A stretch of DNA of 62,306 bases, counting the filler, from Planctomycetota bacterium (lineage in GTDB: Bacteria > Planctomycetota > Planctomycetia > JALXBF01), in NCBI GenBank assembly GCA_026991575.1. It is 3 parts of 3 records of this genome, joined end to end, with 100 filler letters (N's around TTAATTAATTAA, not from the genome) between each part and the next. Parts side by side here need not be neighbours in the genome. Positions count along the whole stretch, not along the records: positions 21,426 to 41,845 come from JALXBF010000073.1; positions 41,946 to 62,306 come from JALXBF010000074.1; 1 more part is not named here. One strand, written 5' to 3'. This document shows, piece by piece, positions 31,607-41,946 of this stretch. Positions within the stretch are counted from its first letter, which is position 1. The number at the start of each line of letters is the position of its first letter. Below the pieces are notes generated by a model. It ran no database searches, was not told where the DNA came from, and was given only the letters and a program-made list of their open reading frames with translations. The position numbers and the translations under genes are program-made.

Positions 31607-34264
31607 CTAGTGCGCGGATACGGGGACCGTACCGTCTGGGTTCCCAGGCCGAGGTACCAGCTGGAAAGCAGCACCTGATACGCCCACAAGCGCGACACCG
31701 TCGCTATACCACGCATACATCCGCTTACCGCGCAGCAACAGTCTTCCAGGACCGCAGGGCAGGATGCCCTTCGGCTCCAGCGGTTCCGAACCGGTCACAA
31801 GAACCAGCCCCGTGCCAATGGTTGGCCTGATGATGAACGGTTTCGCAGGCTGGGGCGACTTCCAGGCGGCGAAGAGCACGCTGCCGGACGGCGGCACTGG
31901 TGGCAACCCGATTGCGGTCACCGTACGCAGCGGGTACCACACGAGATCCGAGGAACCGGCCCATGCAACGAAGCCGTCTTCAGTGGCAACCGGTGCCGAG
32001 GTAGCGCCCTGCCGCCGCGCGACGACCCGGCCCGTGGCTTTCTCCAGCACGAGAAGCTCCCGGCCAACCGTTGTCAGGGCGAGCCGGTCTTGTGACAAGG
32101 CCAACGGGAGCCTTGTTTCACAGGCGACGCTCCATACCAGACGAGCCGTGCGCGCGTCAAATGCGTGAACTCCGGTGTTCCCCCTGAATCGCGCCGCAAC
32201 GTACACGTAGACGCCGTCCGTTGCCAGCGCATAGCAGGGAGATTCGACCGGCAGGGTCCAGACAACCGCACCGCTGGAAGCAGACCATGCGAGCACGCGT
32301 CGCCCAAAGCTCGCCACAACGATATTCTCAGCGGCGGCCAGTCGTTCGGTTCTTTCGTTGCCCGTACCTACGACGCACCCCCACAGACGCCGCCCCGTGT
32401 TGCTGTCGAGCGCGGTTAGCAGACGCTGCGTTCTGACGTCGCGATCCGCCGCGTGCATGATGAATACGCGCGAATCGGTCACTGCCAGGCCACTGATCGG
32501 GCCAGACGTGATCCGGTGCCACACGTGAGGAGAAAACTGATCGCGGAGGGCAAGCAGGTAGTCACCCCAGCGGACAACCACGTCCTGTTGCGAGGCCAAA
32601 AGGCGAGACACAGCGTTTCTGGGTACGGGCAGCTCCCACAACACACGACCTGTGCTCACGTCCACTGCGATCAGCCGGTCATCCGATCGGACGTAGAGAT
32701 GTCGTCGGGTCGCAGCCGCCTCCCGAATCGGCTGGTAGGTCTCCAGATCCCACCGACGTGTGATTCGCGCGTCGTCGGCGAGTTCGAATCTGGCGACACG
32801 GTTTCGGCCGATTGTAACAAGCGAGCGGGCGGACACTGGGACGACACGCATGACAGATTCCGCTGTGTCCCAGCGGGTGTGCTCACCGGTGCCGCAGTCG
32901 ACCACCGCCATCCCTCCTCTGGTCGGGATCACGAGCATTGATCGAAACAGAACGGGTTGTCCGGTGGGAATTGCTCCGATTGCAGTTTTCCAGACGATCC
33001 TCCCCGACAGCCCGTCAAAAGCGCAGACACTCCCGTCCCTCAACACAGCATAGACGTGTTGATCGGACACGACGGTGTCGCAGTCCTGGAAGCCTTCGAA
33101 CCGGCCAGACCATAGAAGTTGTCCACGCTTCGCGTCGATGACGCTGATGATGGAACCTGCCCGCGATCGGCTCGTCACGCACAGAATGTGTCCAGATGCG
33201 CTGCCCCGTATGGCGGGGCCATCATGTTGCTCTCCCGCCGTTTCGGCTGCGGCCGTAAGCCCCGGCGTGTGCGGGAGCGGTAGTCGTATCAACGGTCTCC
33301 CGGTGCGGTCATCCAGTATGTGGACTTCCCGTGCAACGACCGCCAGCCATCCGTCGCCGACTGTGAGCGCAACCGCTCTCGTGTCGTCGTCGCGTAGGTT
33401 CGCACGCCACACGCTTCGGCCGCTGGCCAGCTCCAACTTCAATGCCCTCCAACCCTGGCCGTCACCGGTGACGGCGTACAGGTAACCCTCCCTGGAGGCC
33501 AACCGCACCTGTGTGCCCCAGAGCCACTTGAGCGCCCAACCTTGCACAGCCAGCTGTGTACCCGACCGCAGCTCGGCAACGGCGTCAGGCGTGTGTGCGT
33601 TCACAACTCTTAGAAAAACGGGAAGTCGGCCGTGGTTTGCCTTCGATCTGGACAGGAGCCTGTCGCGTGGTTGCATGCTACTGTGCGGCGAGTCAAGCCT
33701 TACATTGCGTGCGAAACCGGCACTCTCAAGCGTCTCCCGGCGCGACGCGGAATCTTGGTCAGACGGTACGTTGCCGTGAGCGCCCCGAGCTGCGGATACA
33801 CCCATCGGACCACGAACCGCGACTGGACCGAACGACAGCGTACGCAGACGTCCGGCCGTGTCGATTAGCACGAACACCGGGTAGCGATGCCAACGGAGCA
33901 GCAGGTCCCGACGCCACGCCCCGTGCCCCGTACACATCACAACCACGCCGTACCCGTGCCAGCGTCTACCCTCCAAGTAGAGGTACTCGGAGCCGCTACA
34001 TGGGCATAGTTTTGCCAGCTGACCGTTGTCCATGAGCCACTGCACCGGCGGCCCGTTTCCCCGTAGCCACGCGGCGTGGGCCGCCGCGACCTGCCGCAGC
34101 CTGATCGCACAGAGATCCAGGTCACGGAACTCACAACGAATCGTCGTAAGTTCGCAGAAATACCACCCGCCAACAGTGAGCGCAACGTAGAGGCAGACAG
34201 CTGCGGCGAGCCACCTGGACCGCGCTGATGGCCGTGCGTGAGCGGCTCCCGTGCTCATGATCAT
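31607..34264 (-). CDS. PQQ-like beta-propeller repeat protein (BamB-like repeats) with N-terminal TM
   Basis: Many 'ALD..TG..LW' type repeats; start uncertain. Confidence 0.8.
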   Translation of the reverse strand: MIMSTGAAHARPSARSRWLAAAVCLYVALTVGGWYFCELTTIRCEFRDLDLCAIRLRQVAAAHAAWLRGNGPPVQWLMDNGQLAKLCPCSGSEYLYLEGRRWHGYGVVVMCTGHGAWRRDLLLRWHRYPVFVLIDTAGRLRTLSFGPVAVRGPMGVSAARGAHGNVPSDQDSASRRETLESAGFARNVRLDSPHSSMQPRDRLLSRSKANHGRLPVFLRVVNAHTPDAVAELRSGTQLAVQGWALKWLWGTQVRLASREGYLYAVTGDGQGWRALKLELASGRSVWRANLRDDDTRAVALTVGDGWLAVVAREVHILDDRTGRPLIRLPLPHTPGLTAAAETAGEQHDGPAIRGSASGHILCVTSRSRAGSIISVIDAKRGQLLWSGRFEGFQDCDTVVSDQHVYAVLRDGSVCAFDGLSGRIVWKTAIGAIPTGQPVLFRSMLVIPTRGGMAVVDCGTGEHTRWDTAESVMRVVPVSARSLVTIGRNRVARFELADDARITRRWDLETYQPIREAAATRRHLYVRSDDRLIAVDVSTGRVLWELPVPRNAVSRLLASQQDVVVRWGDYLLALRDQFSPHVWHRITSGPISGLAVTDSRVFIMHAADRDVRTQRLLTALDSNTGRRLWGCVVGTGNERTERLAAAENIVVASFGRRVLAWSASSGAVVWTLPVESPCYALATDGVYVYVAARFRGNTGVHAFDARTARLVWSVACETRLPLALSQDRLALTTVGRELLVLEKATGRVVARRQGATSAPVATEDGFVAWAGSSDLVWYPLRTVTAIGLPPVPPSGSVLFAAWKSPQPAKPFIIRPTIGTGLVLVTGSEPLEPKGILPCGPGRLLLRGKRMYAWYSDGVALVGVSGAAFQLVPRPGNPDGTVPVSAH

Positions 34265-34975
34265 GTGCTCCTGCCGTCGCCCACAGGGGGCCAGCGGCAA
34301 TATCGCCTCAACCCGGTCACCGTAGGTGAACTGATCCCTTCCATGGTACCCGATCAACCGGATGCAACTAGCCCGCTGCGCACGGAGATGAGGCCGACTG
34401 TCTCGGTTCGGCCCGTTACGAATAGAAGGCATCCGCACGACCTGGCCGACTGGCCAGTTGCAGCGAAAAAGCTGCGTTCATGCAAGCGGATCAGTGGAGA
34501 TGTGACCGCACGGTGCACGCCACGATCCGCGATGCGGCTCTGCTCACCGCGTACACGCCTGTTCACAGATCCGGAGTAAAGCGGCCAGATTCAACGATTG
34601 CAGCGCTGCCAGCCAAATGGCGAGCAGATCGATCACGATCACGACGCGCAAGCATCCGTCTACCCATCTCTTCTCTGTGTCCTCTGTGTCTCGGTGGTGC
34701 AATCGACGCCGGCAAGAATGCCCCCGTCGCCACTCGATCCCGCTCAGGCGTGCCTGACGCTTATCGCTCCGCACCCGTGCGATTGCAGCCACCCTAGGCT
34801 GGCTCGAACAGCCGGCCCTCAACCATCAGCCGGGCGGAATCGGGTTCGACTCGAGCGGAACGGTCGCGGTGAATCCCCACCACGAAGTCCGCACAACAGA
34901 TCAACCGCACGCCGCATACAAGGCCGTCTGGTCTTTTGCCGGCATCACAGTACAATCGGCCCCGAAGTCGCCTGC

Positions 34976-37900
34976 ATGGAGGCTTTGTCCATGGTCGCTC
35001 GGACGCTCACCTGCGCGCTTGCCCTCGTCTTGACCGGACCGCTTCTTGCGGCCCCACCGGATCCCGATTCCTGGACTGACGCGTCACTGCGCGGTGTTTT
35101 CTTCCTGGACGCCCGCACCGGTTGGGTGGTCGGTGACCGCGGCACGCTGCTGCATACAACCGACGGCGGATCGACCTGGCGTACGGTCCCCAGTTACACC
35201 GCGTGCAACCTGACGGCCGTCTGGTTTCGGGATCGGCAGCGTGGCTACGTGGTCGGTGGTCAAGCGCTGCCGCATTCCCCCTTGAGCAATGGGTTGATAC
35301 TGGAAACGGTTGATGGCGGCCGGACGTGGCGGCCAGTTCTCTGGGGCCAGGTGCCGCGGCTGAGCGGGATCTACATGACCGACCCCCTCAACGGCCGGGC
35401 GTGGGGTGAATCGACCGACGTTCACCGCAGCGGCCTCTTCGTCACGCGGCGCGGTCCCAGCGGCTGGCGGCCCGTTTCCGCTCCCGGACGGCGGAATTGG
35501 CTCGCCGGCGCCGCCGGCCCCGACGGCCAGCTCGTTCTCGGTGCGGACGACGGCACGATCGCCGTGTTGGAAAAAGGGAAGCTTACCCCCGTGCCCGCCC
35601 TGGCGGGTAACCGGCGGGCCATCCGGGCCATTGCCTTCGCCGATGAACAGACCGTCTGGGCCGTGGGAGACCAGGGCCTGTTGCTTGTTGGTCGAAACGG
35701 GGGAGCAAGCTGGGAACCAGTACGGACTGCTGTTCTCGGCCCGAAGCAGGCATACTTCGACTGGTACGCCGTGGCTGCTGAAGGCCCCCATGTGTGGATC
35801 GCCGGAACGCCCGGCCATGTTGTCCTGTATTCTCACGATGGGGGGAAAAGCTGGTCCGTTGCGGCCACTGGCAACACGCTGCCGCTGTACGGCTTGCATT
35901 TCGTCTCCGAAGAACTCGGCTGGGCAGTGGGTGCAGGGGGGACGATTCTGCAAACGCGTGACGGCGGTAGCACGTGGCAAAGCGTGCGGGCCGGAGTGCG
36001 TCGCAGCGGGATTGTGTTTCTCATCCCGAAGCCGGAGCAAATCCCTCATGCCGCCGTCGTCACGGCATCGGCTGGCTATGGCGTGGCCACGGCAGTGGTT
36101 AGTCCGTACCGACCGGCCAGCGCCGCGGAAGCCGCCCGGTGGCTCGATGCCGCAGCCGTCACGTATGCCTGCGGCGTGACGCTTGGAACCCGTCTGCCCC
36201 GGCCTCAGACCACTGTCACGGCCCGACAGACAGCGCAGTGGCTGGCCCGCCAGATCGATTCCGACCCGCAGGCGGCCCTACGCAGCGAGTTGGCTCTTGT
36301 GCTCGCGACCTGGCGGCCGGAAGTCGTTGTCATCTGTGACCCGCTCGACGGCGGGGCGCACGGCCCGCTTTTCCTCGAAGCTGCACGGGCCACACTGGAC
36401 GGGATAGCCCCGCCAGTTCCGGGCCTGGAACCGTGGCGCCCGAAACGGCTGTACGTGGTCGATCCGGATGGTCCCGTCCGCTTCAGCGGGGCCGAAGTGC
36501 TGCCTTCCGCGGGCGTCGTTGCCGGCGTACCGGCAGCGGTCGCACAGGCACTGGTCGGCGCAACCGACGCGACCGATCCTCCCCTGCGGTTTCGGCTGGT
36601 GGAAGCTCGCGACGGTCAGCAGCACCTGGCCGCGAACGGCTTCTGGGCCGGCCTCGGTCCGGTCGATGCAGTCCGCCGTCCGGCAGGGCCCGAGCCGCAC
36701 GACGCGAAGCGGCTCGAAGCGCTCCAGGCAGCGGCCGCCGCTCACCGGCGGGCGTACACACTGGCCAGGAAGCTTGCCGAGCAGCCGGTTTCTCAGGATC
36801 GGCTGCCGGCTGCACTTGAGACGGTGCTGGCCGGGCTGGACCGCACAGATGCCGGGTTTCTGCTGGCGAGCCTGGGGGAGCGGTTTAGCCGCACCGGCCG
36901 CTGGTGGCTGGCCATCCAGGCGTACGGCAAGCTGTTGGCCGAACACCCGAGCCACATCCAGGCGCCGGCGGCCTGGCGCTGGTTGCTTCGGTTCTACGGC
37001 AGTGAAGAGCTCCAGGTCCGCGTGAGCCGCTCCGCCTTCGCGCGCGTCGTGCAGCTGAGGCCGCACCCGCCTGACGGTCGACCGCAGAAGGTCCTGCCCA
37101 ACGACCCCGGCGGCGCGCTGCGTCCCGTGGCGGTCGAGTTCGACCGAGCCGAGCAGCAGGCGGCCACCGGACCAGTGGACCCGCCTGCCTGGCTGGCCCG
37201 AGCTCACCGAGCCAAAGAGCAGCTGGAGCGGCTCTCGCCCGGGTTTGCAGCCGCCCCGGACGTCATGCTGCCGTACGCGGCGGTGCTACGGCGACTGGGC
37301 AAATCGGCTGCCGCGCGTACCTACTACGCAACGCTCGCATCGCGACCGGGTTCCGATCACTGGCGCCAGGTGGGCAGGACCGAGCAGTGGTTGGCAAGCG
37401 GCACCGGCCGACCGGGGCAGCCACCGCTGCAGATGGCCTGGGGCCAGGCGCCGCGGCTAGACGGTCTGCTGAACGACCCGCTCTGGCGGTCAGCTCGGTT
37501 CGAGCCGTTGCAGCCGGTGGCAATGGGTCGCACACCGGGGTTTCGCACCGAAATTGCCTTCGCCACCGACGGCCGCTTTCTTTTCTTCGCGGCGCGTTGC
37601 CTGGGCGGGGGGGCCAAGAGGGCAGTGCTACCGAGGCAAAGGGATGCGGAGTACCAGGATCGCGACCGGCTCATGGTTTGTTTGGACGTCGATCGCGACT
37701 ATGCCGTGTACTACACATTCGTGGTCGATGACCGGGGATGGGGGGCGGAGCAGTGCTGGTTGGATCGAAGCTGGAATCCGACCTGGTACATGGCGTGGCG
37801 TCCGGCCGAGGAATCGGGCTATGTGGTTGAGGCGGCGGTGCCACTGGATGAGCTCGTTCTGGAGCGGCCGGATCGCCGGAGCGTGTGGGCGTGCAACGTG

Positions 37901-38041
37901 CTGAGGATCGTGCCCGGTACGTACGCGGCGGCGCTGGGAATGCCCGTCGATCGGTTTGACCGACCGACAACGGCTGGTTTTCGCGTGCTGCTCTTTGGCA
38001 GCCGGCCCAGGGCTGGTCTGGGCCTGCCCCAGCGCAACTGA
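34976..38041 (+). CDS. YCF48-related beta-propeller protein with helical region and C-terminal CBM9/DOMON-like domain
   Basis: 'GWVVGDRGTLLHTTDGG.TW' repeats; C-terminal 'PRLDGLLNDPLW', 'DRD', 'VEAAVPL..L', 'WACN'. Confidence 0.85.
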   Translation: MEALSMVARTLTCALALVLTGPLLAAPPDPDSWTDASLRGVFFLDARTGWVVGDRGTLLHTTDGGSTWRTVPSYTACNLTAVWFRDRQRGYVVGGQALPHSPLSNGLILETVDGGRTWRPVLWGQVPRLSGIYMTDPLNGRAWGESTDVHRSGLFVTRRGPSGWRPVSAPGRRNWLAGAAGPDGQLVLGADDGTIAVLEKGKLTPVPALAGNRRAIRAIAFADEQTVWAVGDQGLLLVGRNGGASWEPVRTAVLGPKQAYFDWYAVAAEGPHVWIAGTPGHVVLYSHDGGKSWSVAATGNTLPLYGLHFVSEELGWAVGAGGTILQTRDGGSTWQSVRAGVRRSGIVFLIPKPEQIPHAAVVTASAGYGVATAVVSPYRPASAAEAARWLDAAAVTYACGVTLGTRLPRPQTTVTARQTAQWLARQIDSDPQAALRSELALVLATWRPEVVVICDPLDGGAHGPLFLEAARATLDGIAPPVPGLEPWRPKRLYVVDPDGPVRFSGAEVLPSAGVVAGVPAAVAQALVGATDATDPPLRFRLVEARDGQQHLAANGFWAGLGPVDAVRRPAGPEPHDAKRLEALQAAAAAHRRAYTLARKLAEQPVSQDRLPAALETVLAGLDRTDAGFLLASLGERFSRTGRWWLAIQAYGKLLAEHPSHIQAPAAWRWLLRFYGSEELQVRVSRSAFARVVQLRPHPPDGRPQKVLPNDPGGALRPVAVEFDRAEQQAATGPVDPPAWLARAHRAKEQLERLSPGFAAAPDVMLPYAAVLRRLGKSAAARTYYATLASRPGSDHWRQVGRTEQWLASGTGRPGQPPLQMAWGQAPRLDGLLNDPLWRSARFEPLQPVAMGRTPGFRTEIAFATDGRFLFFAARCLGGGAKRAVLPRQRDAEYQDRDRLMVCLDVDRDYAVYYTFVVDDRGWGAEQCWLDRSWNPTWYMAWRPAEESGYVVEAAVPLDELVLERPDRRSVWACNVLRIVPGTYAAALGMPVDRFDRPTTAGFRVLLFGSRPRAGLGLPQRN

Positions 38042-38442
38042 TTGCAGCATTGTCTGTTGCCTTGAGGCACGCTACCGCCCCGCCAGAACTCGATGCCGCG
38101 AAATCTACCAATGCGTGCAGAACCGCACACTGGTGGCGCTTGACACTATTGAAGCGTGGTCACGGGCGCCGCGTGAGCTTCGCATTAGTGCGAAGTGTGG
38201 CCCGCGTTAGGGGGGGTGCTTGACCAGGAGCGTAGAATGAACGCAGAGTGGGTGCACCCGCCGTGGCTGCCCCTTGATGCAGGCGTTTGGGGTTCGGTTG
38301 TCTGTCCTCTTGTCTCGCTGTTCGTTTCCTGGCCGCATCGGGAGTGCCGCGGGTTCTTGGCGTGTGTGATTGGTGTGCCCTGTGTCGTGCCCTGTCGGGA
38401 CGCACGGCAGGTTGTTGGTGACGTTATTGTGGAGGTTGTGCC

Positions 38443-39528
38443 ATGCGTTACGGACACTGGCGCCAGCGTAGCGCCTTTACGTTGATAGAGCTCCTCGTCG
38501 TGATCGCGATCATAGCCGTTCTGATCGCGCTTCTGCTTCCGGCGGTCCAGATGGCGCGAGAAGCTGCTCGTCGCGCGCAGTGCCAGAACAATCTCAGGCA
38601 GATCGGGCTGGCGCTGCACAACTACCATCAGACGCACGGCTACTTCCCGCCGGATGGTATGCGCGCCGGCTGGCGGGACAACAATTGGAGCAATGAGCCT
38701 GACCGCGACAACAACTGGAGCATGAAGGTCTTTCTGCTGCCGTACCTGGATCGGGCAGACGTCTACAACGCCGCCAACCTGGACCTGTACGCCAACGGGA
38801 TCCCGGCTTGGAACTGGGGCAATGATCCGAACTCGACGCTGCGTCGGGCTCGGCTCGAAGTGTTCCTCTGTCCTTCCGACCCACACTTTGACCACAGCAA
38901 CCCGCACGCGACGTCGCAGAATTACGCGCCGAATGGCGGCACGATCCGTGCCTACAACAACTGGCGTTCCAACGGCATCACGTACGCTCCCGGTTGGGAC
39001 TGGGCAATTGCCAAGCCAATCGGTCTGCGTGACATCGTGGACGGCACCAGCGTGACCGCTGCGTTCACGGAGTGGATCCGGGGTGGCATGCAGCATCGCC
39101 CCGAGTTTGCAAATCGCGACCCGATCTCCGTAACGTGGCGTATGCCCAATTTCGTCGATGGATTCCCCGGCGGGCGTGATGCTGCGCTGCGTGCACAGCG
39201 TGAAGGCGACAAGTGGTACGAGCAGGTCTGCAATGAGTCGACCTCGTACCAGTGGAACTTCAAGGGCGAGACCTGGTGGTATCCGCACGCCGGTCGGGGT
39301 TCGGGCATCGGCTTCACGGTTCGTCCGAACCGCAAGAGCTGCAACGCGGGGTGGTGGTCGTTCGACAACCTGATGGCCCCGAGCAGCCTGCACCCCGGTG
39401 GTGTCAACGTCCTGTTCTGCGACGGACGAGTGCGGTTCATCAGCGAGGACATCGACCAGCAGATCTACTTCGCCATCGGTACACGCGACGGCGGCGAGAA
39501 CATCAGCGAGAACCAGCTCTCGCTCTAA
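38443..39528 (+). CDS. DUF1559 family protein with prepilin-type N-terminal motif
   Basis: 'AFTLIELLVVIAIIAVLIALLLPAVQMAREAARRAQCQNNLRQIGLALHNY', 'FLCPSD', 'DIVDGTS', 'SLHPGGVNVLFCDGRVRF'. Confidence 0.97.
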   Translation: MRYGHWRQRSAFTLIELLVVIAIIAVLIALLLPAVQMAREAARRAQCQNNLRQIGLALHNYHQTHGYFPPDGMRAGWRDNNWSNEPDRDNNWSMKVFLLPYLDRADVYNAANLDLYANGIPAWNWGNDPNSTLRRARLEVFLCPSDPHFDHSNPHATSQNYAPNGGTIRAYNNWRSNGITYAPGWDWAIAKPIGLRDIVDGTSVTAAFTEWIRGGMQHRPEFANRDPISVTWRMPNFVDGFPGGRDAALRAQREGDKWYEQVCNESTSYQWNFKGETWWYPHAGRGSGIGFTVRPNRKSCNAGWWSFDNLMAPSSLHPGGVNVLFCDGRVRFISEDIDQQIYFAIGTRDGGENISENQLSL

Positions 39529-39568
39529 CCGCCGCAACCTGACCGCCACTTGCCCGATGCGGCCAACG

Positions 39569-39602
39569 AACGGGGCAGCCGAGTGCTGCCCCGTTGCTTT
39601 TT
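39569..39602 (+). terminator. Probable intrinsic terminator after the DUF1559 gene
   Basis: AACGGGGCAGC-cgagt-GCTGCCCCGTT then GCTTTTT. Confidence 0.6.
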
Positions 39603-39611
39603 CTCCGGCGG

Positions 39612-39641
39612 TTGACAGCGCCTTTCGCCACCGGCCAAAAT
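39612..39641 (+). promoter_or_regulatory. Candidate sigma70 promoter for the selenoprotein gene
   Basis: TTGACA-18 nt-CAAAAT. Confidence 0.4.
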
Positions 39642-39753
39642 GAGTACGGTTGATGCAGAGGATGGCGGCGGCGTGCCGTCTTGTGTGTCGTCCGGGCGTT
39701 CGTTTCTTGTGCCGTCATGCTCGCTTTTTGCCCGCGACGGGAGGATCAGACCC

Positions 39754-41133
39754 ATGCGTAGTGTACGTCCGCTTCTGGCAGCCCTCGGCGGTGCGTTCAT
39801 CCTGGGAACCGCCGTTACCGCCACGGTCTACTGGCTCAGCCGTCCGGAGCCGGTCCGGTTTGTTGCCGCCGGCAACCTGGAACCGCTGCCGCCGGCGCCA
39901 AAGGCCAAGTTACCGCCGCCGCCGCCGAGCGATGCGCCGTTGGATGAGCTGGCCGCTTGGATCCGGCCGCACGAGAACGAATACCGTTGGCTAAACATCC
40001 CCTGGCAAAAGAGCATTCTGAAGGCCCAGCAGATCGCCCGCGAAACAGGTCGTCTGATCTTTCTGTGGGGCACGAATCAGCCAGTGGGTCGATGCTGAGG
40101 CATGGGCATTCTGGTCCGGTCCGGACCATTGGCCCATCCCACGGTTCAGAAGGCGATCCTTGACAACTTTGTGCCGGTTGTCTTTGAAGTGCGTCGGGCA
40201 CTACCCAGTTGGGTAACGGTCCCCGGTCTGGGTGATCCGGAAGCGGAGCGGATTGCGGCTAGTCCGGAAACCGATCCGGAGGTGGCAGCCTTTTTGAAGG
40301 TGCATCAGCAGGAGCCGATGAGCCAAGGCATCTGGATCACGACGCCCGATCTGAAACTGCTCCGGACGTCGTATCAGACGGCCCCTGAGCCGATGCTCGG
40401 CACGATCGAGGCAGCATTGCGGGACTGGCGCGCCGAGCACGCTGAGCCGCCCAAGCCGCTACCGAAGGAGGCGTTGGTAAGCGAGTGGCCCGAGACGTCA
40501 CCGTGTCCTCCCGACGTAACGCGGCTGAAGGTGTTTGGCCGGTTGCTGGACGGCAGTGATTTTGAGCCGTTCCGCGATGACGTCGATATTGCGCGAAGTA
40601 TGTGGGCTTCCATCCTGCCGGCCAAGCCCGAGGTCGGCCAGCGTGTGGAATTGCCCCGCGAGTTCACATGGGAAATCGGCTCCAGGATCTACTCCGGCGA
40701 AATCCGGATGCGGCTTCGGCCCGAAGAGGTCAAGGAGCTACGGCTCGTGCTGGAGGTGACCCGTGTCGCGGACGGCGTGGCCGAGGCCACGCTGTCGGGC
40801 CACATGAAGATGCGGGGCAGCACCTCCTTCTCCCTGCTACGCCAGCGGCAGTACGACGGGAAGTTCCGGGGCATTGTTCGGTGGCGCGTAGGAGCCGAGG
40901 AACCGGAACAGTTTCTGTTGGTAGCCGACGGTACCTGGCGTGCCCAGTACCCGGAGGACAGCAGCTCGTATGCCAGCTATGACATTTATCCCGCGCAAGC
41001 CACGGGCCGGCTGGTCTGGGGCAAGCCGACGCGCATGCTCTTCCTTTTCGAGTACCCACCGGTGTACCGTCCACCGGTAGCGGAAGGACTCAAGGTAGAT
41101 CGGCAGGTCCGCCACAGCGAGCGATCAGCTTAG
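39754..41133 (+). CDS. Probable selenoprotein (Cys-Sec at TGA 40096-40098), thioredoxin-like N-terminal region, exported or membrane-anchored
   Basis: ORFs 39640-40098 and 40102-41133 are in one frame separated by TGA-GGC; 'IPW..S...AQ..A...GRLIFLW....PVGRC-U-GMG..VRSGPL..P.V...I..NFVPV' reads as one thioredoxin-like fold; strong hairpin directly downstream; 459 aa on readthrough. Confidence 0.8.
40102..40137 (+). promoter_or_regulatory. Candidate bacterial SECIS element
   Basis: ATGGGC-attc-TGGTCCG-GTC-CGGACCA-ttg-GCCCAT; apical GG begins 19 nt after the TGA. Confidence 0.7.
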
Positions 41134-41181
41134 GATCTGCCCAACCGAGTTCTCTCTCTCTCTTCTCTCTCCTTTGTCATG

Positions 41182-41215
41182 CCCTCCCGGCTTCCCAACC
41201 GGGAGGGTCTTTTTT
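41182..41215 (+). terminator. Intrinsic terminator
   Basis: CCCTCCCGG-cttcccaa-CCGGGAGGG followed by TCTTTTTT. Confidence 0.8.
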
Positions 41216-41342
41216 GCGCGCGGGCAGGTTGGGGCGGTGGGGCCGAAAAAGGCCCGCGTGGCGAACTGTCCGCCATTTGCCTGCATAGCATTTGGTGTAC
41301 CCAGGGCGACGAATCTGTCCCGCCTGGTTGGGGAAGCAACGG

Positions 41343-41845
41343 ATGAGTGAATCGGCTTCGGCTAATCCACCGCCCTCACGAAGATGGGAGGTGTTGTCCG
41401 GACTGCGGCTGCTGGTGGTCGCAGCCGTGGGGTTTGCTGTCGTTGGCGGCCTTGTTTGGCTTGGCACGAACTGGTGGCTGAATGACCCGTTGCGTCAGGC
41501 GAAGCTGGCGCTGGAGCGGGGAGAGTTCTTGACGGCGGCTCGACAGGCTGAGGCGTGGCTGGAACAGCACCCTGACGATCAGGAAGCCATGCTCCTGGCA
41601 GCGCGTGCTTACGCGCGCATGGGCCGCATGGAAGAAGCTGAGGCGTACTTTGCGCAGGTTCCGCTGGAGGAGAAGGCTGACTTCTACGCTCGCGCGGCCG
41701 GCCTGGTGCAACGCAAGCTGTGGACCGAGGCAGGCTTAGTTTATGAGGAGATCCTTCGTCGCTGGCCACGCGAGGGCTCGGCACTGGACCGGCTGATCCG
41801 GATCCGCTTGCAGCAGCAACGGGTGGTCGAGGCAATCAAACTCGC
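41343..41845 (+). CDS. TPR protein with N-terminal TM (3' truncated by gap)
   Basis: 'WLEQHPDDQEAMLLAARAYARMGR.EEA', 'YEEILRRWP'. Confidence 0.8.
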
Positions 41846-41945
41846 NNNNNNNNNNNNNNNNNNNNNNNNNNNNNNNNNNNNNNNNNNNNTTAATTAATTA
41901 ANNNNNNNNNNNNNNNNNNNNNNNNNNNNNNNNNNNNNNNNNNNN
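41846..41945. other. Assembly gap with artificial TTAATTAATTAA linker
   Basis: 100-nt N run; flanks do not overlap, so linkage across it is unverified. Confidence 0.98.
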
Positions 41946-41946
41946 C

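Noticed and set aside
34668..34702. CTCTGTGTC tandem motif resembling intergenic REP-like repeats
   Set aside because: Single short occurrence in the window; cannot be established as a repeat family here
41150..41175. CT-rich low-complexity tract
   Set aside because: Short, imperfect, and lies just before a terminator; no evidence of function
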